In this document: piece after piece, positions 23,632 through 36,323 of the stretch | How the letters are laid out: the number at the start of each line of letters is the position of its first letter | Position numbering within the stretch: position 1 is the stretch's first letter | Source of the DNA: Elsinoe ampelina | Lineage: Eukaryota | Direction: 5' to 3' | DNA length: 64,000 nt | Assembly (NCBI GenBank): GCA_010093995.1 | Contig: ML992515.1 | Location: 53,533 to 117,532, forward strand | The notes under the pieces: generated by a model | Database searches by the model: none | Told to the model about the DNA's origin: nothing | What the model saw: only the letters and a program-made list of their open reading frames with translations | Position numbers and translations under genes: made by a program

Positions 23632-25365
23632 CTAGACATCCTTCTTCCCCTCCCCCGTCCCCACCTCATACCCAAACTCCTTCCACCTACTCGCCCTCGC
23701 CTCCCGATACGTCCCGGACCTAATCGCCTTCCACAACCCCCACACGCCTCCCAACGGCCACACATTCAACAACCACTCCTTCCACCCCGTCCTCCTATCC
23801 CACTCCCTCTCCAAATCCGTATGCGTCTTGTCATACACACTCGGCAATCCCTCCGCACCATACCTGCTCCTCAAGCCCGCATACCACTCCCTGCCCCCCT
23901 CCCCCACATGATCCCGCCAGAAATCCTCCTCGGAGAAAAACGTCTTGGCGTACAACCACTTCATCCCGCCCAGCTCGGCGAGTTTGCGCTCCAGATCCAG
24001 GTTGAGCGAGAGGTAGTGCGCTTTCTGGCCCACGCCGGCCGGAGGAGGGGGCGACCACCCCCAGAGACCGATGTTCATCATCAGCCCGTCGTCCTGGCCT
24101 GCCCTTGCGCCTTTGAGGTGGGGATGGAAGGAGGGGCCGGGGTTGGTGCGCAGGGGACACAGCCAGAGGGGCCAGATGCCGAAGTGTTTCTCCGTATAGT
24201 CCGTGAAGGCAGCGGCGGTGTCGAAGGGCAGGGCGAGGTCTTGGATGATGATGTCCTTGCCTGCGCCGCCGGTTTGGAGCGCCGTGTACATCATGCGCGT
24301 GTGCAGGAAGTCGTCGAGGAACCATCGGGTCAGGCGGTTGAAGGGGACGTGGAAGTAGGTGAAGGCCATCGGGGCGACCCAGAAGCCGCCGCGGTCGTAG
24401 CGGAAGAGGTACTCGGCTAGAGGCACGGTTTCGGTGGTGGGGGACGAGGGGGAGGTGGTGAGGTGGGATTGGACGTGGAGGTAGAACCAGGGGGAGGAGC
24501 GGGAGGAGAAGCGTTGGATGGGAGAGGAGGGGGTGGAGATGGGGCGGGCGGTGATGATGGCGCCGCTGGTGGGGGAGAAGAGGATGCCGTCGATGTATTC
24601 TGTGCCGGTCTTGGGGGCGGAGGAGATGAGGGTGCGGGTGAGCTCGGTGGCTTCGGTCATGCTGGTCACTGGGTGGTAGGTGACTTCGACAAAGGGGAGG
24701 GCGGGTTTGAGGCGGAGTTTGACGAGGGTGGTGGTGCCTAGACTGCCTACTGCTCCCGCGGCACCGCGGAAGAGGTCGGGGTGCGAGGTCTCGCTGGCTT
24801 TGATGACAGTGCCGTCGGCGAGGACGAGTTCGACCCAGTCAAGTGTGCGGTCGAAGTAGCCGTGTTGCCAGGACGAGCTTTCCCCTGATGTCCCAGCGTA
24901 GCCTCCGCCAGTGGTGATACCAGGAAATTCCATGACTACGGGTGGGACCAAACCGTGGGGAAGGGTTGCCTCGATGAGACGGTCCATGGGTACATTTGGT
25001 TCGACAAGAGCATAGCTTTCTTCCTTCGAGACATATAACACTCGATTGAGATTGCTGAGGTTGAGAAAGGACGTGCCCTTCTTTGCCGTCCTTGTAGAGT
25101 TGGATGAACCGTGTTGTATTCTATACTTGATACCCTGAGAGTGGTACTGCTTGACTCGATCGGAGATGGCTTGAACTTGCTTGTCATGGTCCTCGAGCAG
25201 TCCAGTTGATGTCGCGGATGTGGTCGCCATCCTGACCATGAGTGGCGGAGACGGAAATTTTACTCCTGGCGAAGACCGAGGCACCAGCGACGGCCGTGAT
25301 ATTGTTGTAAATGTGCGTGTAACTTTAGTTGAACAGCATCTAGTCAGGAATGACCATGATTGCAT
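23632..25365 (-). CDS. FAD-binding PCMH-type oxidoreductase, Delta(24)-sterol reductase (DHCR24/DWF1)-like; start uncertain (25365/25371 or 25230)
   Basis: VEPNVPMDRL, PPVVMEFPGIT.GG..GT.GESSS, YLFRYDRGGFW, IQDLALP, IWPLWLCP and GGMKWLYA motifs. Confidence 0.88.
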   Translation of the reverse strand: MQSWSFLTRCCSTKVTRTFTTISRPSLVPRSSPGVKFPSPPLMVRMATTSATSTGLLEDHDKQVQAISDRVKQYHSQGIKYRIQHGSSNSTRTAKKGTSFLNLSNLNRVLYVSKEESYALVEPNVPMDRLIEATLPHGLVPPVVMEFPGITTGGGYAGTSGESSSWQHGYFDRTLDWVELVLADGTVIKASETSHPDLFRGAAGAVGSLGTTTLVKLRLKPALPFVEVTYHPVTSMTEATELTRTLISSAPKTGTEYIDGILFSPTSGAIITARPISTPSSPIQRFSSRSSPWFYLHVQSHLTTSPSSPTTETVPLAEYLFRYDRGGFWVAPMAFTYFHVPFNRLTRWFLDDFLHTRMMYTALQTGGAGKDIIIQDLALPFDTAAAFTDYTEKHFGIWPLWLCPLRTNPGPSFHPHLKGARAGQDDGLMMNIGLWGWSPPPPAGVGQKAHYLSLNLDLERKLAELGGMKWLYAKTFFSEEDFWRDHVGEGGREWYAGLRSRYGAEGLPSVYDKTHTDLEREWDRRTGWKEWLLNVWPLGGVWGLWKAIRSGTYREARASRWKEFGYEVGTGEGKKDV

Positions 25366-25700
25366 TTCCATCGCCAGCGAAAGCGACGAATGTGGTGTTT
25401 CGTGGCAGTGCAGTCGGACAGCGGGATGTGACATGGTTTGGCTTTGCAGACCCGCAGAGCAACTTTCAACCACAGACAACGAGCAACGGGCGATGAGCTG
25501 GACACGGACCAAGTTAGAGTCCATATGTCACGAGCGGGAGACCGGTTTGACAATAGACTAGATGAGAGCATAAAGAAATTGTATTCTTCGCTTGCAGCAG
25601 ACACTTTTAATATACCCCCTTGCCTATGTAGCAAAGACCAAACGCCACAATGCATGCAATGGTCATGAAGTCCGTCTCGAAGAAGCTTCCCAAGAACACT

Positions 25701-27724
25701 CTACCTGCTCCTCGTGCTACCCATGCCCCTCTTACCAGCCAGCAACCACTTACTCTTCGCAGCAGTAGTATGCCTATCGGCCTCACCCTGTCTCGCCATC
25801 CTGTTCATCTTCTTCTGGCCCAACTTGGCCATCCTATCCGCCTTGCTCCTGGCAAGCTCGTCCGTCACACCATCATTCCTCCTGTCCATGCGACTGACGC
25901 TTCTCGTTCTGCTCATTGCTCGGCTGATGCTTCCTCTCTTCTTAGCGCCAGCGCCTTCATCCACGTCCATGGCGTCGTCATCGCGGTCGAGTGCTCTGCC
26001 TCTAGCAGGTCTTGATCGCGATCGGGCGCGTTCCGAGATTCTGGACGCATCGAAGCCCATCTCCTCCAAGCCCTTTTCCATCTTGCCGAGATCGACAGCC
26101 TTCTTGCTTCGCGGGATGACTGCTCTATTCTTGAGACTCTTTCGCATCTTTGCCTCATTTCTGATCAATTGCTGCTTCTCTCTGATCAACTCAGCCTTGT
26201 ATCTGATCTCGCTCTCCTCCAAGTCGTCCAAGGGCTCGTCGTCCTCGTAGTAGCCATCGGCCTCAAGCTGTGCCTCTTCGTCTTCGAGCGCAGCAAGTTT
26301 CGACTCGATTTCGGGATCAATGAAGTCGTACACGTTCTTGCCGTTGAGCACTTCCGGCATCCGGTCCTCCTTCCACTCATCGTCCTCGAGTTGCCAATTC
26401 TGCTTCATGTTGAGGTTGTAGACTCCTGCTCCACCCTCTTCAGCTTCGATATCTCTGAGTAGTTTGGGTCGTTCTGGGTCATTGGGATCGTACTTCATCC
26501 TGTTCTTCACAGCTTCGGGGATGAATGGCTCGCGAGTGACGCCACCAAGTGGTACAGCGACGTGAATGCGCTTGAGGACATCGGCAAGACGGCCAGTGAC
26601 TTCACCACTGCTGTTTGTGCCAGATGCCAACTTCGCCGCATGACGCTCAGCAAGCAGACGATCGCAGACAGCGTTGCGGACATCCATCACGCCTTCGGTC
26701 GTTGTGCAAGAGGTCTGGAGGATCTCAACGTTTCCGCTCTTGGTCAGGTCTTCCAGTGCCGACCGTGTCTCGGCGTCCAAATCGTTGATTCCCATGATAT
26801 CGATCTTGTTGATAACGACGAAAACCAGCTTGTTCGAGAACAAAGGCTTGATTGAGCTGAAGAGAGCCATTTGTGCTGCGACGCTGTAGCCACACTGCTC
26901 GGAAAGATCCATGAAGTAGAGAATGGCCGACCGCAAGTGCGCAATTGCTGTGATCGACTGCATCTCAATAGTGTTCATCTCTTCCAGCGGGTGATCCAAG
27001 ATACCAGGTGTATCGATAGCCTGGAATCGTAGCATCTTGTAATCAAAGTGGCCGACGAACAACGACTTTGTCGTGAACGCATATGGCTGAACATCCACAT
27101 CTGCTCTCGAGATGTTGCGCAGAAAGCTCGACTTGCCAACGTTTGGATATCCGCAGATGAGGAGAGTTCTGGTGTTCGGATCGATCGAGGGCAAACGGCC
27201 GAGATGTTGCCGTACCTGCTCGAGATACACTAGTGGATCCTTCAACTTCTTGCAAATCGTAGCCATGCGACCAAGGGCCGCTCTCTTCAGCTGCTTGCAT
27301 TGGAACAGCGACTGTCCATACTTGAGCAGACGAATGTAGTCTCTCGAGACCGTCTCGATCAGATGTTTTGCAGTCGAAAGCTGGCCGAGTGCGATCTTGA
27401 AGTGGTCGGCATCGTAGAGGGTGTTGAGGAGATCTTTGTGGAATGGGTGAATGTCTGCGAGGCGAGGGAATCCATCGAGAATGGCTGTGATCTTCTCACC
27501 AAAGGTCTCTGCTGTGTACTTGACCTTTCGAATATAGAAGGCTACTTCCAGTCAGCATCTCTGCGCATTTCCATTACACGAGGCGGTGGCCAACCTCTGA
27601 TTCTCGAAATCTTGAAACCCGCTCTGATCTGGGTCGGCAGCCTGCGCTGTGTTCGACTGAGCACGATATCGAGAAATTCCTGAGACGTCGGCACCGGCGC
27701 AATATCCTTCCAGGTGGTCTTCAT
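25701..27724 (-). CDS. NOG1: Nucleolar GTP-binding protein 1; exons 27724-27595, 27541-25701
   Basis: [28 protein letters not shown]1 [17 protein letters not shown] and C-terminal [16 protein letters not shown]. Intron 27542-27594. Confidence 0.97.
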
Positions 27725-27987
27725 TTTGCCGGTCGTTCGTGATTGTCTCTGTGCGCCGTGGTGGGACGATGGCGTTTGACGCTGTCGCTTCGAAAAAATC
27801 GCAAGGGCGAGTCTTCACCGCCTAGACTTTGGTCGGCAGAACCCGACTCCACATTTCACACTTCACCTCGTGCACGTTTTTAGCCGCAAGTCCGGATGTT
27901 CTGGAAGAATGTCCGATCTTGTCAATGCGAGACGCATACCAGTCTGATATTGATAGCTTCTATTCTTATCCAGATCCCCATCTGCTT

Positions 27988-28470
27988 CTAAGCGAAGTTC
28001 TTCTTCTCGTGCTCCATGATAGCATCCACTTTTGCTGCACTTGCGCTGTTAGGGTCAAACCGATAGCTGACCCACTCCTTCGCTAGTCTTCTTGCCAATT
28101 CAATACCAACCACTCTCTCGCCCATACATAAAACCTGAGCATTGTTGCTTAAGACCGCCCGCTCGACACTGAAACTATCGTGTGCCGTAACAGCTCGGAT
28201 GCCCGGCACCTTGTTCGCACTGATCGCCACGCCGAGTCCAGTGCCGCAGATGAGTAGTGCCCTGTCTGCTTCGCCGCTAGATATCAATTTCGCCGCATCG
28301 ACAGCCGGGTGAGGATATGCCGTCTTGTCGCTGCTCTCATTGACTCCCACATCAATGACTTTGGCTACACCAGGGTGCGCTTCCAAATCTGCTTTGATTT
28401 TGTTCTTGTATCCGCACCCTGCATCATCTGCACCCATGGCGATGACCAAAGGTTTTTGCTGTCCAGACAT
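27988..28470 (-). CDS. rpiB: Ribose-5-phosphate isomerase B (RpiB/LacAB family)
   Basis: [26 protein letters not shown] and [15 protein letters not shown] signatures. ATG at 28470. Confidence 0.94.
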   Translation of the reverse strand: MSGQQKPLVIAMGADDAGCGYKNKIKADLEAHPGVAKVIDVGVNESSDKTAYPHPAVDAAKLISSGEADRALLICGTGLGVAISANKVPGIRAVTAHDSFSVERAVLSNNAQVLCMGERVVGIELARRLAKEWVSYRFDPNSASAAKVDAIMEHEKKNFA

Positions 28471-29678
28471 TGTGTATGGTGGAGTGTCGTCTTGTGTATG
28501 TGTGCTTCGATCTGAACTGGTGCGAGCCCAAGGTGTGGCAAAGAGTTGAATCAAACTCGTCCGTCAAAAGGTTTGTTGGCACGCCTGCTGTTATGCGGAA
28601 GAAGAATAAACAGTGGGCGGTATGAGAATCAATGAGACGCATGGAAGCAAGAGAAATCTTGACCACTTTTACCTTGTCCACAAGCGTCATACCGACCCCT
28701 CCAGGGCCAGATGGCGGGGTCAAGCGGCTTACCCCTTTGGGTCCTGCCGAGCTATTACGTTCCGCCCAACTCAAGGCAGGGTACAACTCCTTGAAGTTGT
28801 CATAAATCAAAGACAATGGGTGAGTGATGCAAAGACATGGAACTCCTTTTTGCCCCGTCGAATTGTTCTCTGCCCTGCCACCTCGGTCTGCAAAGCCATC
28901 GAGAGACGTGAAAGATCCGTAACCTCGGGTATGACTGAAATTGAAGGAACACATGTTCGCCGAGATGCAATCGATATATTAGTACGAGATTTTATGAATG
29001 AGATACCTCCTTTATTATGCAGGAACACGAGATGCTTCATTTCGGGATAGCACCTGCAGACGCCAAAGGTAGATCGATGCAGAGATGGGAATCTCATGAG
29101 ATGGTACCGCCAATTTTTCGGCGGCTGCCAAGTGAAGTGAGGCGGGGACCATGAAACCTGCGCCATCCATGAACATGTCGATGAGGCATGTGTCGAAGCG
29201 AAGGATTCCGTGAAACAGACGTATGTCACGAGTTCTTTCTCGACAATGTGATTTGACAAAGTAGGGCCGTAGATGCTGGCGTGAAAGTCCAGTGAAGCGA
29301 GATGGTTTGTCTCAGGTCACAGACCTTCGAGGCGTTACTGTGCCTCTACGAAAAGCGGCAGGGCACGTTGCCTACCAAAGATTTGTGCAAACCGAATAGT
29401 CGGGCGCCGTGAGACACCTGGCAAGGTCTGAAATCTGGGGAAGCATTCCATCTGTGTCTTCACAGTTGACTCATTGCGCCTCTCCAGATGAAGTTCCAAG
29501 GCGGCAAGTGTTCTGTTGCCTTCACACGCTCGAAGCAAACATGTGAAGCAAACAACAACCACCATCAATCATCATTGACGAGACTTCAACCTCTCAACTT
29601 TTTTGACCACCCCGAAAGACTCATTTCGTGCACCCACAACTAACTCTGATCCGTTCTCAACGACGATCAATCGCAAAC

Positions 29679-30424
29679 ATGTTTCGACTCAAAGAGATGC
29701 CCAGAGTGAGAGCTCTAGACTACATTCACTCGCCGCCAGTGGCCTTCAAATCAGCACAGCCAACTCAAACGGACATGCTGGCAGTCCGTGCCGCCATTTT
29801 TCGCATCATCAATGGCAAATCTCACCTGCTGCTCCTCCAAAGATCCGGAAACGACTCCCTGCCCGGCTGCTGGGAACTACCAGGAGGTGAGCCCTACCGA
29901 GACCTTGGCAAACCCTGCCGCCACTTGTGAATAACATGACTCTCCGATCACTGCTGACATTCCAAATCATAGGAGGCGTCGAGGATGACGACGAATCCAT
30001 CAAGACAGCCCTGTACAGGGAGATTAAGGAAGAAACCGGCATGACTGCGGCGTGGATCGTGCAGGAGATCGGGGAGGGAGAACGATGGGAGAAGACCAAA
30101 GACGGAAAGAAGTACCACTTCATGTGTGTGACGTTCATTGTCGAAGCCGAGGAAGTCGAATTGTTAGAGCGTGGACTCGACAAGGAGGTGAAGGGTGAAG
30201 GGACCCGCTCTGACCCGACGAACGGGGGTGGAACGTCATCAGATGGCCTGGTCAAATTGTCTGACGCGGAGCACCAGGATTTTGTGTGGATCACTGAGGA
30301 GGAGTTGAGGAATGGCAAGACGGATCGTGTGGGAGAGCTCAAATTCACAAGGAACATGGAAAAGGTGATGCTCGAGGCCTTTGAGCTTCAACAAGTGATC
30401 GTCATGGCCAAGAGCAGTGAGTGA
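29679..30424 (+). CDS. Nudix hydrolase; exons 29679-29886, 29973-30424 (219 aa)
   Basis: LLLLQRS..DSLPGCWELPGG|GVE..DES...ALYREIKEETG Nudix box, joined by intron 29887-29972 (GTGAGC..GCTGAC..TAG). Downstream LSDAEHQDFVW. Confidence 0.9.
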
Positions 30425-32048
30425 TCTGGCAGTGGAGCAGTCCCTCGAAAAGGGTCATGACTCCGAGCTGGATTGGGAGCATAGCAATAGACCATCCCCA
30501 TCAGAGAAGAGCAGTGTTGAACCTCGTGACCATTGCTTTCCCTTCGACAAGCAGCTTACTAGTCCGACACGGGAGGCAGATTTGTGGCCTGACAGATATG
30601 TACTTTTGCGCTCCCACAGGTACCTGGACAAGCACCAAAGTCTAAACAGCCCCCGGATGGGGTAAAGCAGAGAGATCTACGCGACTTGAGATCACGGTCT
30701 CAAGACGGAGCCGCCGCTCATGAGTCTAGTACATTACCTCGGATGTGAATGAGATGCACGTCAAGAGTGACATGTCAGGTCGGATCTACAACCAAGAAGA
30801 TCGTAATACCACCATCGACCACGAAATATCAGATACAAACATACTTGACTGATCACGAGTCCACGCCGGATGCAATCTCTGCTATCCCCGTAATTGAGGC
30901 GAAATTGGGCGCAGGCCACATGCATGATTCCTGTAACGCAACCGGACGCCATCCGAAGCATATTTTATTCTCCGATGCATAGAACTAGAAATAGAATCCG
31001 GACTTGATACACCGAGAAGGTGGAGTATCCCGGTCTGGTTCGATTGTGTAACGCAACCGTCTCAACAGTCCTCCGTGGCATGCAGGAAGAGCATCGTCTA
31101 CGTTCAGACCGTTGCTAATCCCAAGCCAATACTTGCACTACTGCAGCATCGCCTCCCAGCCACGACCAGGAAGAGCAAGAAACAAGGACCAGTGAAGCTT
31201 GCCTTGCCCTGAGACTCGAGTCAGACTCACATAGTTGCGAAATTAAAGCTCCCTCAAGGCGTTGCTCCAGATTGCGGCATCCACCGGGAGGCGCACCAGG
31301 GTATCAAAGACCAGCCTTGATGTGCCTTGATGTGCCAGACCTTGACCAGACGCCCTCCTGGGTTCGTCCCGATTACGGTCCACGAGCCGTCTGGCTCGTC
31401 GATCAGAAGAATAATCGGATCCACTGCCTGGAGCCTGACCCTTGTTCATCACTCTTGTCCGATTGGATGTTCGTCGAGCTTGACTTGCCGAGGCACTTGA
31501 GCTACTGACTTCGGTTCACGTTGCCCGCCTCTGCTCTTACACGGCGCATACGGACAGGAGCTGTACGAGAAGGACCAGATCCATCGCACATTGCTTGGTA
31601 CAGCCGGGGTCGAGACGCCACTCCAAATCAAAAGCGTCACGGTTGGGTTTTCTTCGTGGAGGGTCCTGCGGCGTATGCGGAGTGCGAGACAAACTGTATT
31701 CAGGTTGCATTGACTGCAACCCGTCACACCGTTTTCTCCAACGGAGAAGGCATCGTGCAGAGACCATACTGCATCTTCCACCTTTTGACATTCCACCATC
31801 TCTCGAATCTCGACGCACATAGTTTCCGTGGCGCATGGTCACGACAGTCAGCCTGTCCCACTCCAACCCCGGCTTCGACCAAGCACTGATTGCTGGCGAG
31901 GCGACCTCTGCCACCGCGCTCCCGCACACCTAAGCCCAATTATGCGCACCCCGGAAACTGCCTACTCCACATCCAATTGCGACCTCATACTCCTGCATAC
32001 ACTTATTCCCAACGCTTATTGAGCCTCGGACTACCTCCGCTAAAGGAC

Positions 32049-35000
32049 ATGGACGACCTACGAATGGTTGATGCCATGTCCGCGCCGCACCAAGGCTCTC
32101 CATCCTCTCCCGAGGCCTCTGATCCTGCCACCGCTGGTGCTGACCCCGCTTCTGGACAGGCTGGCTCCTCTGGATTTCGAAGGTATGCATGCGCTGCCGT
32201 CCGGCTGGAATCTTGGGATCAAGAGGATTTAGCTGATATTTTGCTGTAGGCAAAGAGCTTCACGTGCATGCGAGGTATGTAGATGCCATGTCCGGCGATC
32301 CCCACGCGACCTCCGCGTGTGGACCAACCCATGAAGAATTATAATGCTGACCTTTAACAGACATGTCATGCTCGAAAGGTACCGCTGTCGGAATTCTCAC
32401 CATCGTACACATTTAATACGTTGACCCTTCTAGGTTCGCTGCGATGCCGCCAGCCTTGGAGTACCATGCACAAACTGTGTAGCCTTCAACATCGAATGCA
32501 AAATCCCAAGCCCGAAGAGGAAGAAGACGAATGGAAAGAGTAAAGATTCGGACAGGTGGGTACACGAGATGGAGGTGAAGGACAATACTGAACCTATACA
32601 GCGAGAAGGGAGAAGTTGCGCCTGGACAATCCCCGGTCAAGCCGAATGTCGCACCAGGGAAACGAGAGTTACCTTCAAGAGAAAAGACGGTCGTTCAGAA
32701 CTCGCCTGATGGTATCCCTTCTACGCAACTGCCGGAGCAGTACCTTGAACACCAACGCCAGTCGAACGGGACTTATGCACAATATATGAAACCAAAGTTT
32801 GCTCGCGCACCTATCAAGGAAGCTGGTCGTGTAGCGTATCTCGGAGAATCTTCCAACCTCACCCTTCTTGTTCAAGATCATCATGGAACAAACGATGTTG
32901 TCCACTACCCGTTACCGGATACTCACAGGGGTGCTCGTGCCCGCATCACGGAACTGGATGAGCTTGAGATACGGATACTTCACGAACGAGGAGCCTTTCT
33001 TCTACCGCCACGTCAGCTATGCGACGAGTTAGTCGAGGACTTCTTCACCTGGATCGCTCCTGTTGTCCCAGTCATCAATCGAAGCAAGTTCATGCGCCGG
33101 TATCGAGATTCCAAAAATCCCCCTTCATTACTCCTCCTGCAGGCCATCCTCCTTGCAGGATCTCGAGTATGCTCGAATCCACAACTTATGGACGCAAATG
33201 GTTCTACGGCCCCTGCGGCAATGACGTTCTACAAGAGAGCGAAAGCCCTGTACGACGCAAATTACGAAGACGATCGGGTGACAATTGTTCAAGCCCTTGT
33301 ACTTATGGCGTGGTGGTGGGAGGGTCCGGAAGGTTTGTCAAGCCATTGCCTTTTTCAACGCCTGATATTTGAGTCTTGGAGAGCGATTTTTCGCTTTCCT
33401 TGCGACTAGTCGTTACTTTAAGGATCTCGCACTTGTCTCTAGATAAAATTCCTGTCATTACCATCTGCCGGGTTTCCACGAGCTAACCAGCTACAGGTAA
33501 GGACAAAGAGAAAACCGAACTCGCACCTTTCGCTCGCTCATCCATTGCCTCAGATGTAACGAAGAACGTCTTCTACTGGAGTCGTACCGCCATTATCGTC
33601 GCTCAAGGGTCAGGAATGCATCGAAGGTGAGCAGATCCAGGACATGTGATTGAGGACTTGTCCAAAGTGCCTGTGCTGCATCAACAAAGTCCGATTGGAC
33701 ATCTTCCCACCCATTCAAATCTTTATACATAACCGTTCGCTACCACCATCACGATTTGTGAAGCTGACATTGCTAGCGTCGAGAATTCCCAATTAAGTCG
33801 TTCCGACAAACGGCTGTGGAAGCGAATATGGTGGACACTCTTCACTCGAGATCGTTCAGTAGCTGTCGCTCTTGGACGTCCAGTCGGCATCAGCATCGAA
33901 GATACCGACGTAGAGATGTTGACTGCCGAGGACTTCATCGAAGACGAGCCAGACAAACCAGCAGAATACCAACCCAACCCGGTCCACGTTCAATTCTTCC
34001 TCAACTACGTCAAGTTGTGCGAGATCACCGGACTAGTCCTCTCGCAGAACTACGCTGTGGGCCCACAAAAGGCACGACGCATCAAAGCCATCGATCTGAC
34101 GCACAGTGACATGGCACTCGCAGATTGGTTGCAGAACTGCCCAAAAGAGGTGTATTGGAGCAGGGACAATCATCACTTCTGGTCGGCTCTACTACATTCC
34201 AACTACTAGTACGTTCTTAGCCGAAGTGAAGCGTATCATTGCTGACTGCTGCTAGCACCACCCTCTGTCTCCTCCATCGAGCTCATATGCCACCTGCGCT
34301 TGGATCCGACCTAAATCACAAGATTCCTGTTTCGCCTGACGAGCCTGCCTATCCATCCAGAAATATCGCCTACCAGGCTGCTGCCATGATAACCTCCATT
34401 GTCGAGGCCTTGATCGAGCATGACCAGCTGAAATACACACCTGCCTTCATGTATGTGCAAAACATGTCAGCGTTCAAGACAGTGCTAACATCTCCATAGT
34501 GTGTACAGCTTGTTCTCCGCTTTACTCATGCACGTCTATCAATTTCGGTCTGCCAACCCACAGGTGGCAGAGACGACAAAACAGCGACTTGGGGTATGCA
34601 TGGATGCTTTGAAGAGGATCTCGAAAGTTTGGCTTGTCGGCAAGATGGTACACACCCTCTTCGAATCTATCCTTGGTAACAAGCACTTGGAAGAACGATT
34701 GCAGAAAGCGACTGGGAGGAAACACAACAAGGGCAAAGCCGCCGCTGCGAATAAGGCTGCCCGGAATGGAGACACCAAGGCACAAAAGCGCAAATTTGAT
34801 GATCTTGACATGGGTTACGGCGGCCAACCCACTCCTCAGATGTCGTATGAGCGATCACGGCCAGTATCACCTGTCGCTCAGCCATCCCGCGAGACACAGG
34901 AGCCTGATCAGCAGATGCCTCACATCTCGACAACGAGTCCCCAGGTCAGGCAGGGCCACGACGCCTTCATGGGCATGTCTCGAGCCGGTACACGTCAAAG

Positions 35001-35686
35001 CACACCCTTCAACACCTTCTCATACCCTGGCACTCCGCCGGATTTATTCTTACATACCCGCAACTCACCCAACATTTCTCAAGACCTGTGGCAGAACTAT
35101 CAGCCGGATCAGCTCTTCCCTCCCGACTCCACCTCGTTTGGCTTGCAAAGTCCTATGCAACAACAACAGATGATGGAGAGCATGGTGCGTGGAGCGCCTC
35201 CTCAACAGCAGCAGCAACCGCAACCACCACAACAACCAGGACCTACGACTGCTCATAGAGGTAGCCAACAGTTTACACCGCAGCAGATGCCCGCGCCTCC
35301 TATGCAGCCGCAACAGCAGCAAATGCCACAACCACCTACCCTTCAAAGCCAACATAACCCACATGTCTCGCCTCACGGCATGCAACATCAGCATATGCAG
35401 TATCAGCAAAGCCCTGGTGGCTGGGCACCAATGCATCCAATGTCAGGTCGTGGTGACCAAAGGCAGGCTATGGCATCTGTGGTCGGCGACCCATCTGGAA
35501 GCACTGGCGCGGAAGATACTTGGAGTAATAGCTCCACCGGAGGACCCATCGTACCTACCACGCTCAATGTGGGAGACTGGTATGTTGATGAATCATGATG
35601 TATGATCAAAGCTGACACAATCTAGGTTTGAATTCTTTGGCATTCCTAATAACGGCGAGATGAACGGGCTACATGCTCAGTATTAA
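32049..35686 (+). CDS. ctf1a: Zn2Cys6 transcription factor, cutinase transcription factor 1-alpha / FarA; exons 32049-32182, 32250-32274, 32361-32378, 32434-32555, 32602-33332, 33554-33626, 33777-34208, 34256-34450, 34500-35579, 35626-35686
   Basis: RASRACE|TCHARK|VRCDAASLGVPCTNC..F.IEC zinc cluster split over 25- and 18-nt micro-exons. MKPKFARAPIKEAGRVAYLGESSNL, WEGPE|DVTKNVFYW, LWKRIWWTLFTRDR and PTTLNVGDW|FEFFGI match CTF1-alpha/FarA. Confidence 0.93.
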
Positions 35687-36323
35687 CGGCTTCACTTCTA
35701 GCTTTCCTTCGATACGCGGCAAATACGTGTAATGATACCTATTGCTTCATCGACTTGTTTCCTCGCAAGGCGTTTTGGTCAGGTGGCGTTCTGCACCGGC
35801 TTGACAGTGGTGCTTGGCTGGGGGCAGGTGGGCTATGTGCGAGACATATAGTGTGGGACGTACTGGTTGGCTGTCGTATGTCGTCAAGTACGCGCTAGTC
35901 GTTGCTTTGTTCACGACAGCTGGAAGGCTACTATGAAAAATAATTCGATTGTTCTAGGGGCAGAGGAACCGGACCTCAGATATCAGAATGACAATTGGAG
36001 AGACAGATCCTCGGGGATGCTGATCCTCACAGAATGGAATACGTTGTCATTTGGGGGCGGAAAAGGAGGCATCATCGCTATGCATGTACATTGTTACAAG
36101 ATATCTGGATATCTAGCAGTACATAATTACCTTACCTTTGGTGAATGCACACCAGGTCATGTGATCTCGCGGGCGCGTCATTGAATCTTCCCCACCAAAA
36201 CTTGCCCGCAGTTTCCAACTTCAGGAGTGCGCGTCAACATTGGATACACCCAGGACCGCAGTCGCCAGCAAGCATAGATCTGGACATGAGACCTCCCGAC
36301 TCTTGAATATCATATCACACACC

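Noticed and set aside
27791..27802. CGAAAAAATCGC upstream of NOG1 as an RRPE-like ribosome-biogenesis element
   Set aside because: Only a loose match in a single copy; cannot be supported without comparative data.
31314..31352. Short direct repeats GCCTTGATGT x2 and CCAGAC x2
   Set aside because: Too short; consistent with local slippage, and not a CRISPR array or mobile element.
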